A stretch of 59,208 nucleotides of DNA from the NCBI GenBank assembly GCA_036149055.1, contig JAYZQJ010000142.1, forward strand, positions 1-59,208. The letters run 5' to 3'. The stretch comes from Myxococcota bacterium. GTDB lineage: Bacteria > Myxococcota_A > Polyangia > Polyangiales > Sandaracinaceae. Below the pieces are notes generated by a model. The model searched no databases, had not been told where the DNA came from, and worked only from the letters and a program-made list of their open reading frames with translations. The position numbers and the translations under genes are program-made. This document shows positions 9,040-20,577 of the stretch, one piece after another; within the stretch, counting starts at the first letter, position 1; every line of letters starts with the position of its first letter.

Positions 9040-9078
9040 CCCCTCGGTCGACCCCCTCGGTCGACCCCCTCGGTCGAC
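9040..9078. repeat. Perfect tandem repeat, 3 x 13 bp CCCCTCGGTCGAC
   Basis: Units at 9040-9052, 9053-9065 and 9066-9078. Confidence 0.95.
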
Positions 9079-9466
9079 TGCTACCCCCCTCGGATCCTCC
9101 TCACTCGCGGGAAGGGAGGAAGGTCGGAAGCGAGGAAGAGAGCGACTGCTGGGCCCGCCCTGGCGGCTCGCCGCGCTTCGGCTGACCGCCACCCGCCTCG
9201 ACCACCGCCGAATGAGGGAGATGGGAGGTGGGAGGCGAGGAGGACGCGCTGGCGACACGGCGCGCCGCCCCCCCCTCGGTCGACTGCTGCCCCCTCGGAT
9301 CCTCCCGACTCGCGGGAAGCGAGGAAGGTCGGAAGGGAGGAAGGTCGGAAGCGAGGAAGAGAGCGACTGCTGGGGCCCGCCCTGGCGGCTCGCCGCGCGT
9401 CGGCTGACCGCCACCCGCCTCGACCACCGCGGAACGAGGGAGATGGGAGGTGGGAGGCGAGGAGGA
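9066..9466. repeat. Imperfect direct repeat, two copies of ~180-195 bp (9066-9244 and 9272-9466)
   Basis: Both run cccctcggtcgactgct...ctcggatcctc...ctcgcgggaag...gagagcgactgctggg...ggctgaccgccacccgcctcgaccaccgc...gggagatgggaggtgggaggcgaggagga. Copy 2 has two extra GGAAGnnn units. Confidence 0.93.
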
Positions 9467-9642
9467 ATGGCTGGGCGCTAGGCGCGGCCTGTGGCGCGCA
9501 GCGCATCGCGCGTGGCGCGCGCGCAGCTCGGGTACCCGGCGGCGAGCCACCAGCCCGCGGCCCAACCCCCCGTGTCGCGCAGCGACACTTCCTCCCCGCC
9601 TCCCCTCTCCCCCCTCCCTGATTCTGCCGCCCTGGCGCTCTC

Positions 9643-9770
9643 TTCCTCGTTTCCTGGGAGTAGGAGCGGACGAGGCCGCCCTGGCTCTCTTTCTCGTTTC
9701 CACCCTTCCTCGCTTCCTGGGAGTAGGAGCGGACGAGGCGAGTGGGAGTAGGAGTAGGAGCGGACGAGGC
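9643..9770. repeat. Direct repeats of (ttcctcgYttcctg)GGAGTAGGAGCGGACGAGGC, 3 copies
   Basis: Copies at about 9643-9676, 9706-9739 and 9751-9770 (the last is partial). Confidence 0.85.
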
Positions 9771-9779
9771 GGGGGCAGG

Positions 9780-10217
9780 TTAGGCGGCGGCGGCGAGCTG
9801 GGCCCGGAGGTTGCTCAGGCCGGCGCGGAGCTGGGGCTCGAGGCCGGCGGCGATGGCGTGGGCGACGCCGGGGAGGCGCGCGTCGAGGAGGATGTCCCAG
9901 GTGAGCCGGGAGCCGGTCTCGCCCCAGGGCTCGACGAGGATCTCGCCGCGGTGGAAGCGGACGAGGGGGACGCCGCGCACGATGCGGTAGACCATGCGGC
10001 GCGGCGGGTCGTGGTAGGTGACCTCTTCGTCGAAGCTGAGGCCACGGGCGTGCACGCGGCGCACGGTGCCGACGCCTCCACCCCGAGGGCCGGCGACGAC
10101 GGTGACCCGGGCGCCCATCCACGCGCTCATGCCTTCGTGGTCGGCGAGCGCGGCGAAGAGGGTCTCCGGCGGGACGCCGAAGCTCTCCTCGAGCACGATG
10201 TGCGCCTGGGTCTTCAT
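9780..10217 (-). CDS. SRPBCC (START/polyketide cyclase) family protein
   Basis: VPPETLFAALADHEGMSAW..GGVGTVRRV..EEVTYHDPPRRMVYRI..GSRLTW pattern; start overlaps the greA stop. Confidence 0.88.
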   Translation of the reverse strand: MKTQAHIVLEESFGVPPETLFAALADHEGMSAWMGARVTVVAGPRGGGVGTVRRVHARGLSFDEEVTYHDPPRRMVYRIVRGVPLVRFHRGEILVEPWGETGSRLTWDILLDARLPGVAHAIAAGLEPQLRAGLSNLRAQLAAAA

Positions 10218-10696
10218 CAGCCCTTGGCCTTCCAGTTGATGGAGACGACCTCGTAGGTGCGCAGCCCGCCCGGGGCCTTGACCTTGACCTCGTCGCCCTC
10301 CTCGCGGTTGATCATCGCGCGGGCCATCGGCGAGGTGACGCTGATGGTCCCCTGATCGATGTTGGCCTCGTCGGTGCCGACGATGCGGTAGGTGACCTCG
10401 TCGCCGTTGTCGATGTCCTCGAGGGTGACCCAGGCCCCGAAGGCGACCCGGCTGCCGCCGAGGTTCTCGGTGTCGATGACCTCGGCGCGCGCGAGCTTGT
10501 CCTCGATGTCGTCGACCTGCGCCTTCACGATGCCCTGGCGCTCGCGGCAGGCGTGGTACTCGGCGTTCTCCTTGAGGTCGCCCTCCTCCGCCGCCTCGCC
10601 GATCTGCTTGGCGAGCCGATGGATCTCGGCCTGCTTGTCCTTGAGGTCGGCCTTGAGGGCCTCGTAGCCCTCGCGCGTCATCGGTACCCTGTCCAT
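10217..10696 (-). CDS. greA: Transcription elongation factor GreA
   Basis: MDRVPMTREGYEAL..GDLKENAEYH..VAFGAWV..YRIVGTDEA..ISVTSPMARAMI. The true start is ATG 10696, inside the longer called ORF. Confidence 0.96.
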   Translation of the reverse strand: MDRVPMTREGYEALKADLKDKQAEIHRLAKQIGEAAEEGDLKENAEYHACRERQGIVKAQVDDIEDKLARAEVIDTENLGGSRVAFGAWVTLEDIDNGDEVTYRIVGTDEANIDQGTISVTSPMARAMINREEGDEVKVKAPGGLRTYEVVSINWKAKG

Positions 10697-10815
10697 GTGA
10701 TTCGTCCCGTTCGATCGGTTGACGTGTCGCGGCCGCCGCCGTCCTTTCGAGAGCGAGGCGGCCCTGATGCCTCCCGCGCGGCTCCTCCCCAGGGGCTCAC
10801 GCGCGGAGGGACGGT

Positions 10816-11790
10816 CTACTCCGGCAGCGGCTCGCGCGCCAGCGCACGGTCGTGGAAGTAGAGCATCTCGATCCCCGCCGGGCCGCGGTTGAACCCGTAG
10901 TCGTGCGGACCGGGGACCACGGTGAGCCGGTGGGTCACGTGGCGCTCGCCGAGCGCGCGGCTGAGGGCCCGGGTCGCCTCGAGGAACGGGTCCTCCTCGC
11001 TCGACAGCAGCCGGATGCGCTGCGGCTGGACCTCGGCCGCCTCGAGGGCCCGGGAGGCCAGCGCCGCCTCGTCGCCGCGGATGGCGGGCTGCATGCCGCC
11101 CACCACGCCGAAGACCTCCGGGTGGGCGAAGCCGACGGTGAGCGCCACGCGGCCGCCGAGCGAGATGCCGTCGATCGAGGTGCCCTCCCGGGTCCTCGCC
11201 GCGCCGTCGAAGCGCTCGCGCACCGCCTCGAGCAGGGGGCCCGAGAGCCAGTCGCCGATCTCCGCCAGGCGCTCGCTGGCCACGCCCTCGCGGCCCACGT
11301 CCGGGATGTACGGGGTGACCACCATCAGCCCGCGGAACGGGCGCTCGCGCAGGCTCGCGTTCACCGCGTCGAGGTGCGCCTCCCGCACGTAGCCGCGGTA
11401 GTCCGACGCGTAGAGCCGGCCCCGCATCAGCGCCCCGAAGTGGTCGGGCAGCCCGTAGCGGGTGGTCCAGCCGAGGTAGCCGCGCTCGGGCCCCTGCTGG
11501 GCCTCGCCCCGGCCGTGGAGCGCGACGACGATGGGGTAGCGCTCGCCGGGCGGGTGCTCGCGGTGTCCGCCGAGCCGCGGGAAGGTCACGAGGACGCGCT
11601 GGGTGCCCCACGGCGACTCGACGTCGAGCCGGCGGTAGTGGACCCACTCGCTCTCGGGCTGCGCGAAGGCGACCGCCGCGACGAGGGAGCACAGCGTCGC
11701 GAGGGCGCACAGCCCCGCGAAGAGGGGCGCCGCCCCGCCCACGGTGAGCATCGCGCGAGGAGGCCTCGTCTCGGGCGGGGGCATCGACAT
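10816..11790 (-). CDS. Secreted alpha/beta-hydrolase (putative esterase family)
   Basis: Signal peptide; YPIVVALHGRGE; nucleophile elbow GISLGG; PGPHDY (catalytic His). Confidence 0.85.
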   Translation of the reverse strand: MSMPPPETRPPRAMLTVGGAAPLFAGLCALATLCSLVAAVAFAQPESEWVHYRRLDVESPWGTQRVLVTFPRLGGHREHPPGERYPIVVALHGRGEAQQGPERGYLGWTTRYGLPDHFGALMRGRLYASDYRGYVREAHLDAVNASLRERPFRGLMVVTPYIPDVGREGVASERLAEIGDWLSGPLLEAVRERFDGAARTREGTSIDGISLGGRVALTVGFAHPEVFGVVGGMQPAIRGDEAALASRALEAAEVQPQRIRLLSSEEDPFLEATRALSRALGERHVTHRLTVVPGPHDYGFNRGPAGIEMLYFHDRALAREPLPE

Positions 11791-11803
11791 GGGCAGGCGC
11801 GAG

Positions 11804-15133
<3,330 letters not shown>

Positions 15134-15182
15134 CGGGGGTCGGGATTACCGTAGCCCCCCAGACCGCGCAAGCGGCGGAGCA

Positions 15183-15671
15183 CTAGCCCGCGCCCCGGCC
15201 CGTCAGCGAATCGGCCAGCCCGTCCATCAGCGCCTCGCCGCGCGCGTCGAGCCCGCGGATCGTCGCCGCCCTCCCCCGCTCCTCGGCCGCGCGCCGCGCG
15301 AGCCTCACCTCGATCCCCCGCGCCCCGATGCCCGGCCGGAGGCGCGCCCCCCACTCGATGACGGTCACGCTGCGCTCCATCACCTCGAAGAGCCCGAGCT
15401 CCACCAGCTCCTCGACGCCGGACAGCCGATACAGATCGAGGTGCGCGATCGGCACGCGCCCCTCGTGCTCGTGCAGCAGCGCGAAGGTGGGGGACGTGAC
15501 CGGCACCGCCTCCGGCACCCCGAGCGCCCGGAAGAGGCCGCGGGCGAAGAAGGTCTTGCCGGCGCCGAGCTCCCCCTCGAGCCACACGACGTCGCCGATC
15601 TCGAGCCGCGCGGCCAGCGCGGCGCCGAGCCTCCGGGTGGCGCGGCGGCTCTCGAGGTCGAGGGTCAGCAC
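15183..15671 (-). CDS. tsaE: tRNA threonylcarbamoyladenosine biosynthesis ATPase TsaE
   Basis: GDVVWLEGELGAGKTFF, VTSPTF, HLDLYRL, VIEWG; GTG start at 15671. Confidence 0.93.
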   Translation of the reverse strand: MLTLDLESRRATRRLGAALAARLEIGDVVWLEGELGAGKTFFARGLFRALGVPEAVPVTSPTFALLHEHEGRVPIAHLDLYRLSGVEELVELGLFEVMERSVTVIEWGARLRPGIGARGIEVRLARRAAEERGRAATIRGLDARGEALMDGLADSLTGRGAG

Positions 15672-15705
15672 GGCCGAGGCATACCACTCGTGGTAAGCCG
15701 GCGCC
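15672..15705. promoter_or_regulatory. Near-palindromic 34-bp divergent intergenic region (TACCAC-tc-GTGGTA); candidate back-to-back leaderless promoters or operator
   Basis: Both strands read TGG-TA(A/T)GCC-N6-GTG(start). Confidence 0.5.
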
Positions 15706-16452
15706 GTGTCCGTGCGAAGCGAAGCGCGTGGGCCGGTCACGGTCCTGACCGTCGACCGCCCCGAGACCCGGAACGCGGTCGACCCGGCCGTGCACGACGG
15801 CCTCGCGGCCGCGCTCGACGCCGCGATGGGGAGCGGCGCGCGAGCCCTCGTGCTCACCGGCGCGGGCGGCACCTTCATCAGCGGCGGCGACCTGAAGCTG
15901 ATCCGAGCCCGCCCGTTCGACGAGACCCTGACCCTCAGCCAGCGCATGACCGCGCTGCTGGACCGCTTCGAGGCGCTGCCGATCCCGGTCTTCGCGGCCA
16001 TCGAGGGCTACGCGTTCGGGGGCGGCGTCGAGGTCGCCCTCGCCTGCGACTACCGCGTGGCCGCGCCGAGCGCGAAGCTGAGCTTCCGGCAGGCCGCGAT
16101 GGGCCTGACCACCGGCTGGGGCGCCACCACCCGGCTGTCCCGGATCGTGCCGCGCGGCGTCGCGACCCGGCTGCTCATGACCGCGGAGGTGCTCGAGGCG
16201 GAGGCGGCCGCGGCGGTGGGCCTCGTCGAGGAGGTCGCCGACGATCCCCTCGCCCGCTGCCTGGCCCTCGCGGAGTCGGTCGCCGCCCAGTCCCCGCAGG
16301 CGGTCACCGCGTTCAAGGCCCTCCTCCGGGAGGCGTACGCGGACGCGCCCTCGCGCGCGAAGGAGTGGGAGGTCTTCCAGACCCTCTGGGGCGCCGCCGA
16401 TCACGCCGAGGCCCTCGACGCCTTCTTCGGCCGCCGCGCGCCGCGCTGGTGA
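15706..16452 (+). CDS. Enoyl-CoA hydratase/isomerase (crotonase) family protein
   Basis: LTVDRPETRNAV, FISGGDL, PVFAAIEGYAFGGGVEVALACDYRVA. Confidence 0.93.
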   Translation: MSVRSEARGPVTVLTVDRPETRNAVDPAVHDGLAAALDAAMGSGARALVLTGAGGTFISGGDLKLIRARPFDETLTLSQRMTALLDRFEALPIPVFAAIEGYAFGGGVEVALACDYRVAAPSAKLSFRQAAMGLTTGWGATTRLSRIVPRGVATRLLMTAEVLEAEAAAAVGLVEEVADDPLARCLALAESVAAQSPQAVTAFKALLREAYADAPSRAKEWEVFQTLWGAADHAEALDAFFGRRAPRW

Positions 16453-16467
16453 CGGGCAGGAGCCGCC

Positions 16468-17031
16468 TCAGCCCAGGAGCGGGTTGTCGTAGAGGGCGTC
16501 GACCGGGAACGCGGCGTCGACCGAGGCCAGCCGGACGTCGTCTCCCGGGCCGTGCTCGACCGGGCGCCAGAGATCGCCCTCGCGTCGCCACACCTCGACG
16601 AGGGGCTCGCGCTGGCTCACGAGGACGTACTCGCGGAGGCTCTCGAGCCGGCGGTAGTGCCGGAACTTCTCGCCGCGGTCATAGCCCTCGGTCGAGTCGG
16701 ACAGCACCTCCACGAGGACCACGGTATTCACTATCGCCTCCGCGTCGATCTCCGCCGTCTCCACCCGGCCGCAGACCACGGAGGCGTCCGGGTAGGTGCT
16801 CCGGTTGGAGGCAGCCACGAAGACCTTCACGTCGGAGCTGAAGACCTCGCAGGGTCCGCGAAGGCCGCTTCGAATGAGCCCTTGAACGCGGGACGAGAGC
16901 CGCCCGTGCTCGATGGTCCCCCCTGACATCGCACGCACCACCCCGTCGAGGTACTCGTGCTTGTCGTCGGCGCGCGCCTCGAGCGCGAGGTACTCGGCGT
17001 AGGAGACGCGGGAGCGTGCAGGCTCGGCCAC
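16468..17031 (-). CDS. Uma2 (DUF820) family PD-(D/E)XK endonuclease
   Basis: SYAEYLALE..KHEYLDG..AMSGGTIEH, YPDASVVCG, VEVLSDSTEGYDRGEKFRHYRRLESLREYVLVSQ. Confidence 0.93.
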   Translation of the reverse strand: MAEPARSRVSYAEYLALEARADDKHEYLDGVVRAMSGGTIEHGRLSSRVQGLIRSGLRGPCEVFSSDVKVFVAASNRSTYPDASVVCGRVETAEIDAEAIVNTVVLVEVLSDSTEGYDRGEKFRHYRRLESLREYVLVSQREPLVEVWRREGDLWRPVEHGPGDDVRLASVDAAFPVDALYDNPLLG

Positions 17032-17038
17032 GGCACCC

Positions 17039-17047
17039 AGTATAGCA
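17039..17047 (-). promoter_or_regulatory. Extended -10 promoter TGcTATACT, 7 nt upstream of the Uma2 GTG start (leaderless)
   Basis: The minus strand reads TGC-TATACT-gggtgcc-GTG, with no Shine-Dalgarno sequence. Confidence 0.6.
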
Positions 17048-17378
17048 GCGCGCTCACGTGCGCGAGACCGAGCGCGGTCCTCGACGACTCGTTCGACCGC
17101 CGCGGGCGGTGGAGGCCCGAGAGGTGGCAAATGATGGCGCCGGGGCACCCCTGCCCGCTTCCCCGCCCGATCCCGTCGACATCGTCCACCCGCCGACGCC
17201 GCTGACGAGCGCGCCGATGCCCGAGGTGAGCCACGCGAGCTGCCGCCCCCCTTCGCGGTCGCTCCGGTCCTTCTCCGCGGACACCGCGACCACCGTACTA
17301 CGCAAGCCGCGATGCGACCAGCGGTGACCGCGCCTTGGCGCGTCGTGGGACTGACCCAAGGGTGCGCGCGGAGGGACG

Positions 17379-18701
17379 ATGAGCCGCGAACGACATGGGG
17401 ACCGTGCGCTCCGCCGGGGGGCCGGGTCGGTCCTCCTCTTCGCCTTCGCTCTCTGCGCGACCCCGGCGCACGCCCAGCAGCCGCTCTCGGTGTTCCTCCG
17501 GGGGGCGGCCGACCGCGCGGTCGAGCTGCGGGCGGCCGACGCCAGCGCGAGGGAGGCGGGCTCGCGGGTCGACGAGGCCCGGGCGGCGCTGCTCCCGTCG
17601 CTCAGCCTGACCGCCGGGTACACCCGGAACGAGACGGAGATCGTCGCCGAGTTCCCGGACGGCGCGGGCGGCCTGCAGGAGGCGGTGATCAGCGCCCAGG
17701 ACCAGGTCGAGGGGCGCCTCCAGCTCGACGTGCCGCTCGTGAACGTGAGCGCGTGGTGGCGCTTCTTCGGCGCCGAGTCGCGGGCCGACGCGGCCCGGGC
17801 GCGCCGGGTCGCGGTGGAGCTCGACGTGAACCGACGGGTGGTCTCGGCCTGGTACCGACTGGTGGCCGCCCGGGCGCTGCTCGCCTCCGCCGAGGCGTCG
17901 GTGGCCATCGCGGAGGAGAACGCGGCCATGGTGTCGAGCCGGGCCTCGGCCGGGCTCGCGAGCGAGCTGGACCGGCTCGGCGCCGAGGCCGACGTCGAGA
18001 CGGCGCGGCAGCGGGTGGCCGAGGCGGAGCTCGACGCGGCGCTCGCCCGGCGCAGCCTCTACGTGCTCAGCGGCGTGCGCCCGGGAGAGCAGGCGGCGCC
18101 CCTCGACGACGCGCTGGCGGAGGAGCCGCCGCTCGACCGCTGGCTCGTCGGCGCGCGGGTCGCCCCCGAGGTCGACGCGGCCGAGCGCGAGCTCGACGCG
18201 GCCAGCCAGGAGCGGGACGCCGCGTGGCAGACGCTGCTGCCCGCCGTCGACGCGTTCGCGGCCGAGCGGTACACGAACGCCGCCGGGTTCGGGCCCAACT
18301 TCCTCTGGTCGGCCGGGGTGAGCCTGCGCTGGACGCTCGACTTCGGCGCGCCGGCCACGGTGGGGACCGCCGAGCGCGCGATGGAGCGCGCCCGGGCCGA
18401 CGCGGAGCTCGCGCGGCAGCGGGCCGAGACCCGCATCTACGAGGCCTGGCATCAGGCGCGATCCGCGCTCGCCCGGGCCCGCGCCGCCCGCGCCGCCGCC
18501 TCGCTGCGGGAGCGGGCGCTCGACGCCGCGCGCGCCGAGTACCGGAGCGGCCGGAGCACCCAGCTCGCGTTGAGCCGGGCCCAGCGCGACCTGCTCGAAG
18601 CCCAGGGCGACCGGGTGCGCGCCGACGCCGACCTCGCGGTGGCGCGGCTGACCCTGCGGCTCGAGAGCGGGCTGCCGCCCCAGCCGGAGGTGAGCCCGTG
18701 A
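17379..18701 (+). CDS. TolC family outer membrane efflux protein
   Basis: Signal peptide; ARAALLPSLSLTAGY, YRSGRSTQLALSRAQ and two OEP repeats; SD-like ggaggg upstream. Confidence 0.9.
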   Translation: MSRERHGDRALRRGAGSVLLFAFALCATPAHAQQPLSVFLRGAADRAVELRAADASAREAGSRVDEARAALLPSLSLTAGYTRNETEIVAEFPDGAGGLQEAVISAQDQVEGRLQLDVPLVNVSAWWRFFGAESRADAARARRVAVELDVNRRVVSAWYRLVAARALLASAEASVAIAEENAAMVSSRASAGLASELDRLGAEADVETARQRVAEAELDAALARRSLYVLSGVRPGEQAAPLDDALAEEPPLDRWLVGARVAPEVDAAERELDAASQERDAAWQTLLPAVDAFAAERYTNAAGFGPNFLWSAGVSLRWTLDFGAPATVGTAERAMERARADAELARQRAETRIYEAWHQARSALARARAARAAASLRERALDAARAEYRSGRSTQLALSRAQRDLLEAQGDRVRADADLAVARLTLRLESGLPPQPEVSP

Positions 18702-19870
18702 GCCGCGAGCGAGGCGCCATCCGTCGGCGGGCCGGCCACTGGGGCCCGATGGCCCGGCTCGGGCTGAAGATGATGTTCCACGACCGGGCGAAGCTCGCCG
18801 GGACCCTGCTCGGCGTGATCTTCGCGACCGTGCTGATGATCCAGCAGCTCGGGGTCTTCGGCGGGCTGCTCTACAAGAACACGCAGCTGGTCGACAACGC
18901 CGACGCGGATCTCTGGATCGTCCCGCCGTCGACCACCCAGGTGACCGCCGCCGGATCGCCCCTCGACATCTCGGCGCTGACCCGCGCGCGGGTCACCGAC
19001 GGCGTCGCCTGGGCGGAGCCGATGCTGCTCGGCGGCGCGGTGATGCGCGAGCCCGACGGAGGCACGGAGGCGGTCACGCTGATCGGGACCCGGCTCCCCC
19101 GCCAGGCCGGCGGCCCCTGGGCGCTCGTCGCCGGCGACGCGTCGGCGCTCGCGATGCCGGACACGGTCATCTTCGAGGAGTCGCAGCGGGAGGAGCTCGG
19201 CGGCCTCGACCTCGGGAGCGTGCGCGAGCTGTCGAATCGGCGGGTCACGGTGGGCGGCTTCACCTGGGGCCTCATCCCCTTCGGCCCGAGCTACGCGTTC
19301 GCGAGCTACGAGACCGCCCGCGGCATCCTCCGGCTCGCCGACGACCAGACGACCTACGTGCTGGTCGGCGTGCGCGAGGGCGCCGATCCGGCCGCGGTGC
19401 AGGCGAGGCTGAGGGACGCGGTCGGCCGGGACGCCGAGGTCCACACCAAGGCGGAGCTGCACGACCTGATCGTCGACGACCTCATCGCGGCGCAGCTCGG
19501 CGTGACCTTCGGCACCTCCACCGCCTTCGCCCTGATCGTCGGCTTCGTCATCGTCGCCCTCTCGATGTTCAGCGCCGTGGTCGACAACGTGCGCGAGTTC
19601 GGGACGCTCAAGGCGATCGGCGCGACGACCTTCGACCTGACGAAGCTGCTGATCGTGCAGGCCCTGCTCTACGCGCTCCTCGGGACCACCGTCGGCCTCT
19701 TCCTCGCGACCAACATGGCCGAGGGCATACGCAGCGCGAACCTCGTGCTGGTGATCCCGCCCGAGCTCGTGTTCGGCAGCTACGGGATCATGGCCCTCAT
19801 CTGCGTCATCGCGTCGTCGCTCGCCGTGCTGCGCGTCCGAAACATCGAGCCGGGGATGGTGTTTCGATGA
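18698..19870 (+). CDS. ABC transporter permease (FtsX/MacB/DevC-like)
   Basis: KMMFHDRAKLAGTLLGVIFATVLMIQQLG, ADADLWIV, REFGTLKAIGA and C-terminal IEPGMVFR. GTGA overlap with tolC; alternative ATG at 18749. Confidence 0.92.
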   Translation: MSRERGAIRRRAGHWGPMARLGLKMMFHDRAKLAGTLLGVIFATVLMIQQLGVFGGLLYKNTQLVDNADADLWIVPPSTTQVTAAGSPLDISALTRARVTDGVAWAEPMLLGGAVMREPDGGTEAVTLIGTRLPRQAGGPWALVAGDASALAMPDTVIFEESQREELGGLDLGSVRELSNRRVTVGGFTWGLIPFGPSYAFASYETARGILRLADDQTTYVLVGVREGADPAAVQARLRDAVGRDAEVHTKAELHDLIVDDLIAAQLGVTFGTSTAFALIVGFVIVALSMFSAVVDNVREFGTLKAIGATTFDLTKLLIVQALLYALLGTTVGLFLATNMAEGIRSANLVLVIPPELVFGSYGIMALICVIASSLAVLRVRNIEPGMVFR

Positions 19871-20577
19871 GCGGTGTTCCGATGGGCCAGGTCGCGCTGT
19901 CGGCCCGCGGGGTCACCAAGACCTACGGCAAGGGCGCCGTCGCCTACCAGGCGCTGCGCGGCGTCGACTTCGAGGCCCGCGAGGGCGAGTTCGTGATGAT
20001 GAACGGCCCGTCCGGGAGCGGGAAGACCACCCTGCTGTCGATCCTCGGCTGCGTCCTGAAGGCCACCACCGGCGAGGTCCGCATCTACGACGAGGTCGTC
20101 TCCGACCGAAAGGAGCGGGCCCTGCCGAAGCTGCGGCTCGACTACGTCGGCTTCATCTTCCAGGGCCACAACCTCATCGCCGCCCTCGACGCGCGCGAGA
20201 ACGTCGCGCTCCCGTTGCGCATGCGCGGCTGGACCCGCAGGGAGGCGCGCGCGGAGGCGGAGTCGCTGCTTACCCGGGTCGGGCTCGCCGACAAGCTCGA
20301 CCGCCGCGCCGACGAGCTCAGCGGCGGGCAGCGGCAGCGGGTCTCGATCGCGCGCGCGCTCGCCGGCGCCCCGCCCATCGTGCTCGCGGACGAGCCGACC
20401 GCCAGCCTCGACGCGACGACCGGGCTCGCGGTGACCGAGCTGCTGCGCGACCTCGCCAAGGAGGAGGGGCGCACCGTCGTCGTCGTCACCCACGACAACC
20501 GAATCTTCCACCTCGCCGACCGGATCGTCGAGATCGAGGACGGCCGCATCGTCGCCCCGTCCACGGAGGCCGCATGA
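19867..20577 (+). CDS. ABC transporter ATP-binding protein (LolD/DevA-like)
   Basis: GPSGSGKT, LSGGQRQRV, LADEPT, VVTHD. Confidence 0.96.
   Translation: MSGVPMGQVALSARGVTKTYGKGAVAYQALRGVDFEAREGEFVMMNGPSGSGKTTLLSILGCVLKATTGEVRIYDEVVSDRKERALPKLRLDYVGFIFQGHNLIAALDARENVALPLRMRGWTRREARAEAESLLTRVGLADKLDRRADELSGGQRQRVSIARALAGAPPIVLADEPTASLDATTGLAVTELLRDLAKEEGRTVVVVTHDNRIFHLADRIVEIEDGRIVAPSTEAA

Noticed and set aside
9081..9751. ORFs called within the repeat island (e.g. 9081-9506, 9101-9703, 9491-9751)
   Set aside because: They are translations of nucleotide repeats with low complexity and no consistent frame between repeat copies.
9040..9770. Possible CRISPR array
   Set aside because: The repeats are tandem or long duplications without unique, regularly sized spacers, and no cas genes are present.
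10697..11710. Long N-terminal extensions in the ORF track (greA 497 aa; also tsaE, the permease at 852 aa, 43905-47216, 44463-47243, 51450-53264)
   Set aside because: The extensions overlap other real genes and read as Arg/Pro/Gly-rich off-frame sequence; starts were reassigned.
16468..17031. Uma2 gene as a mobile element or defence island
   Set aside because: It is a single gene with no terminal repeats, transposase, integrase or partner defence genes, and Uma2 paralogs are common in myxobacteria.
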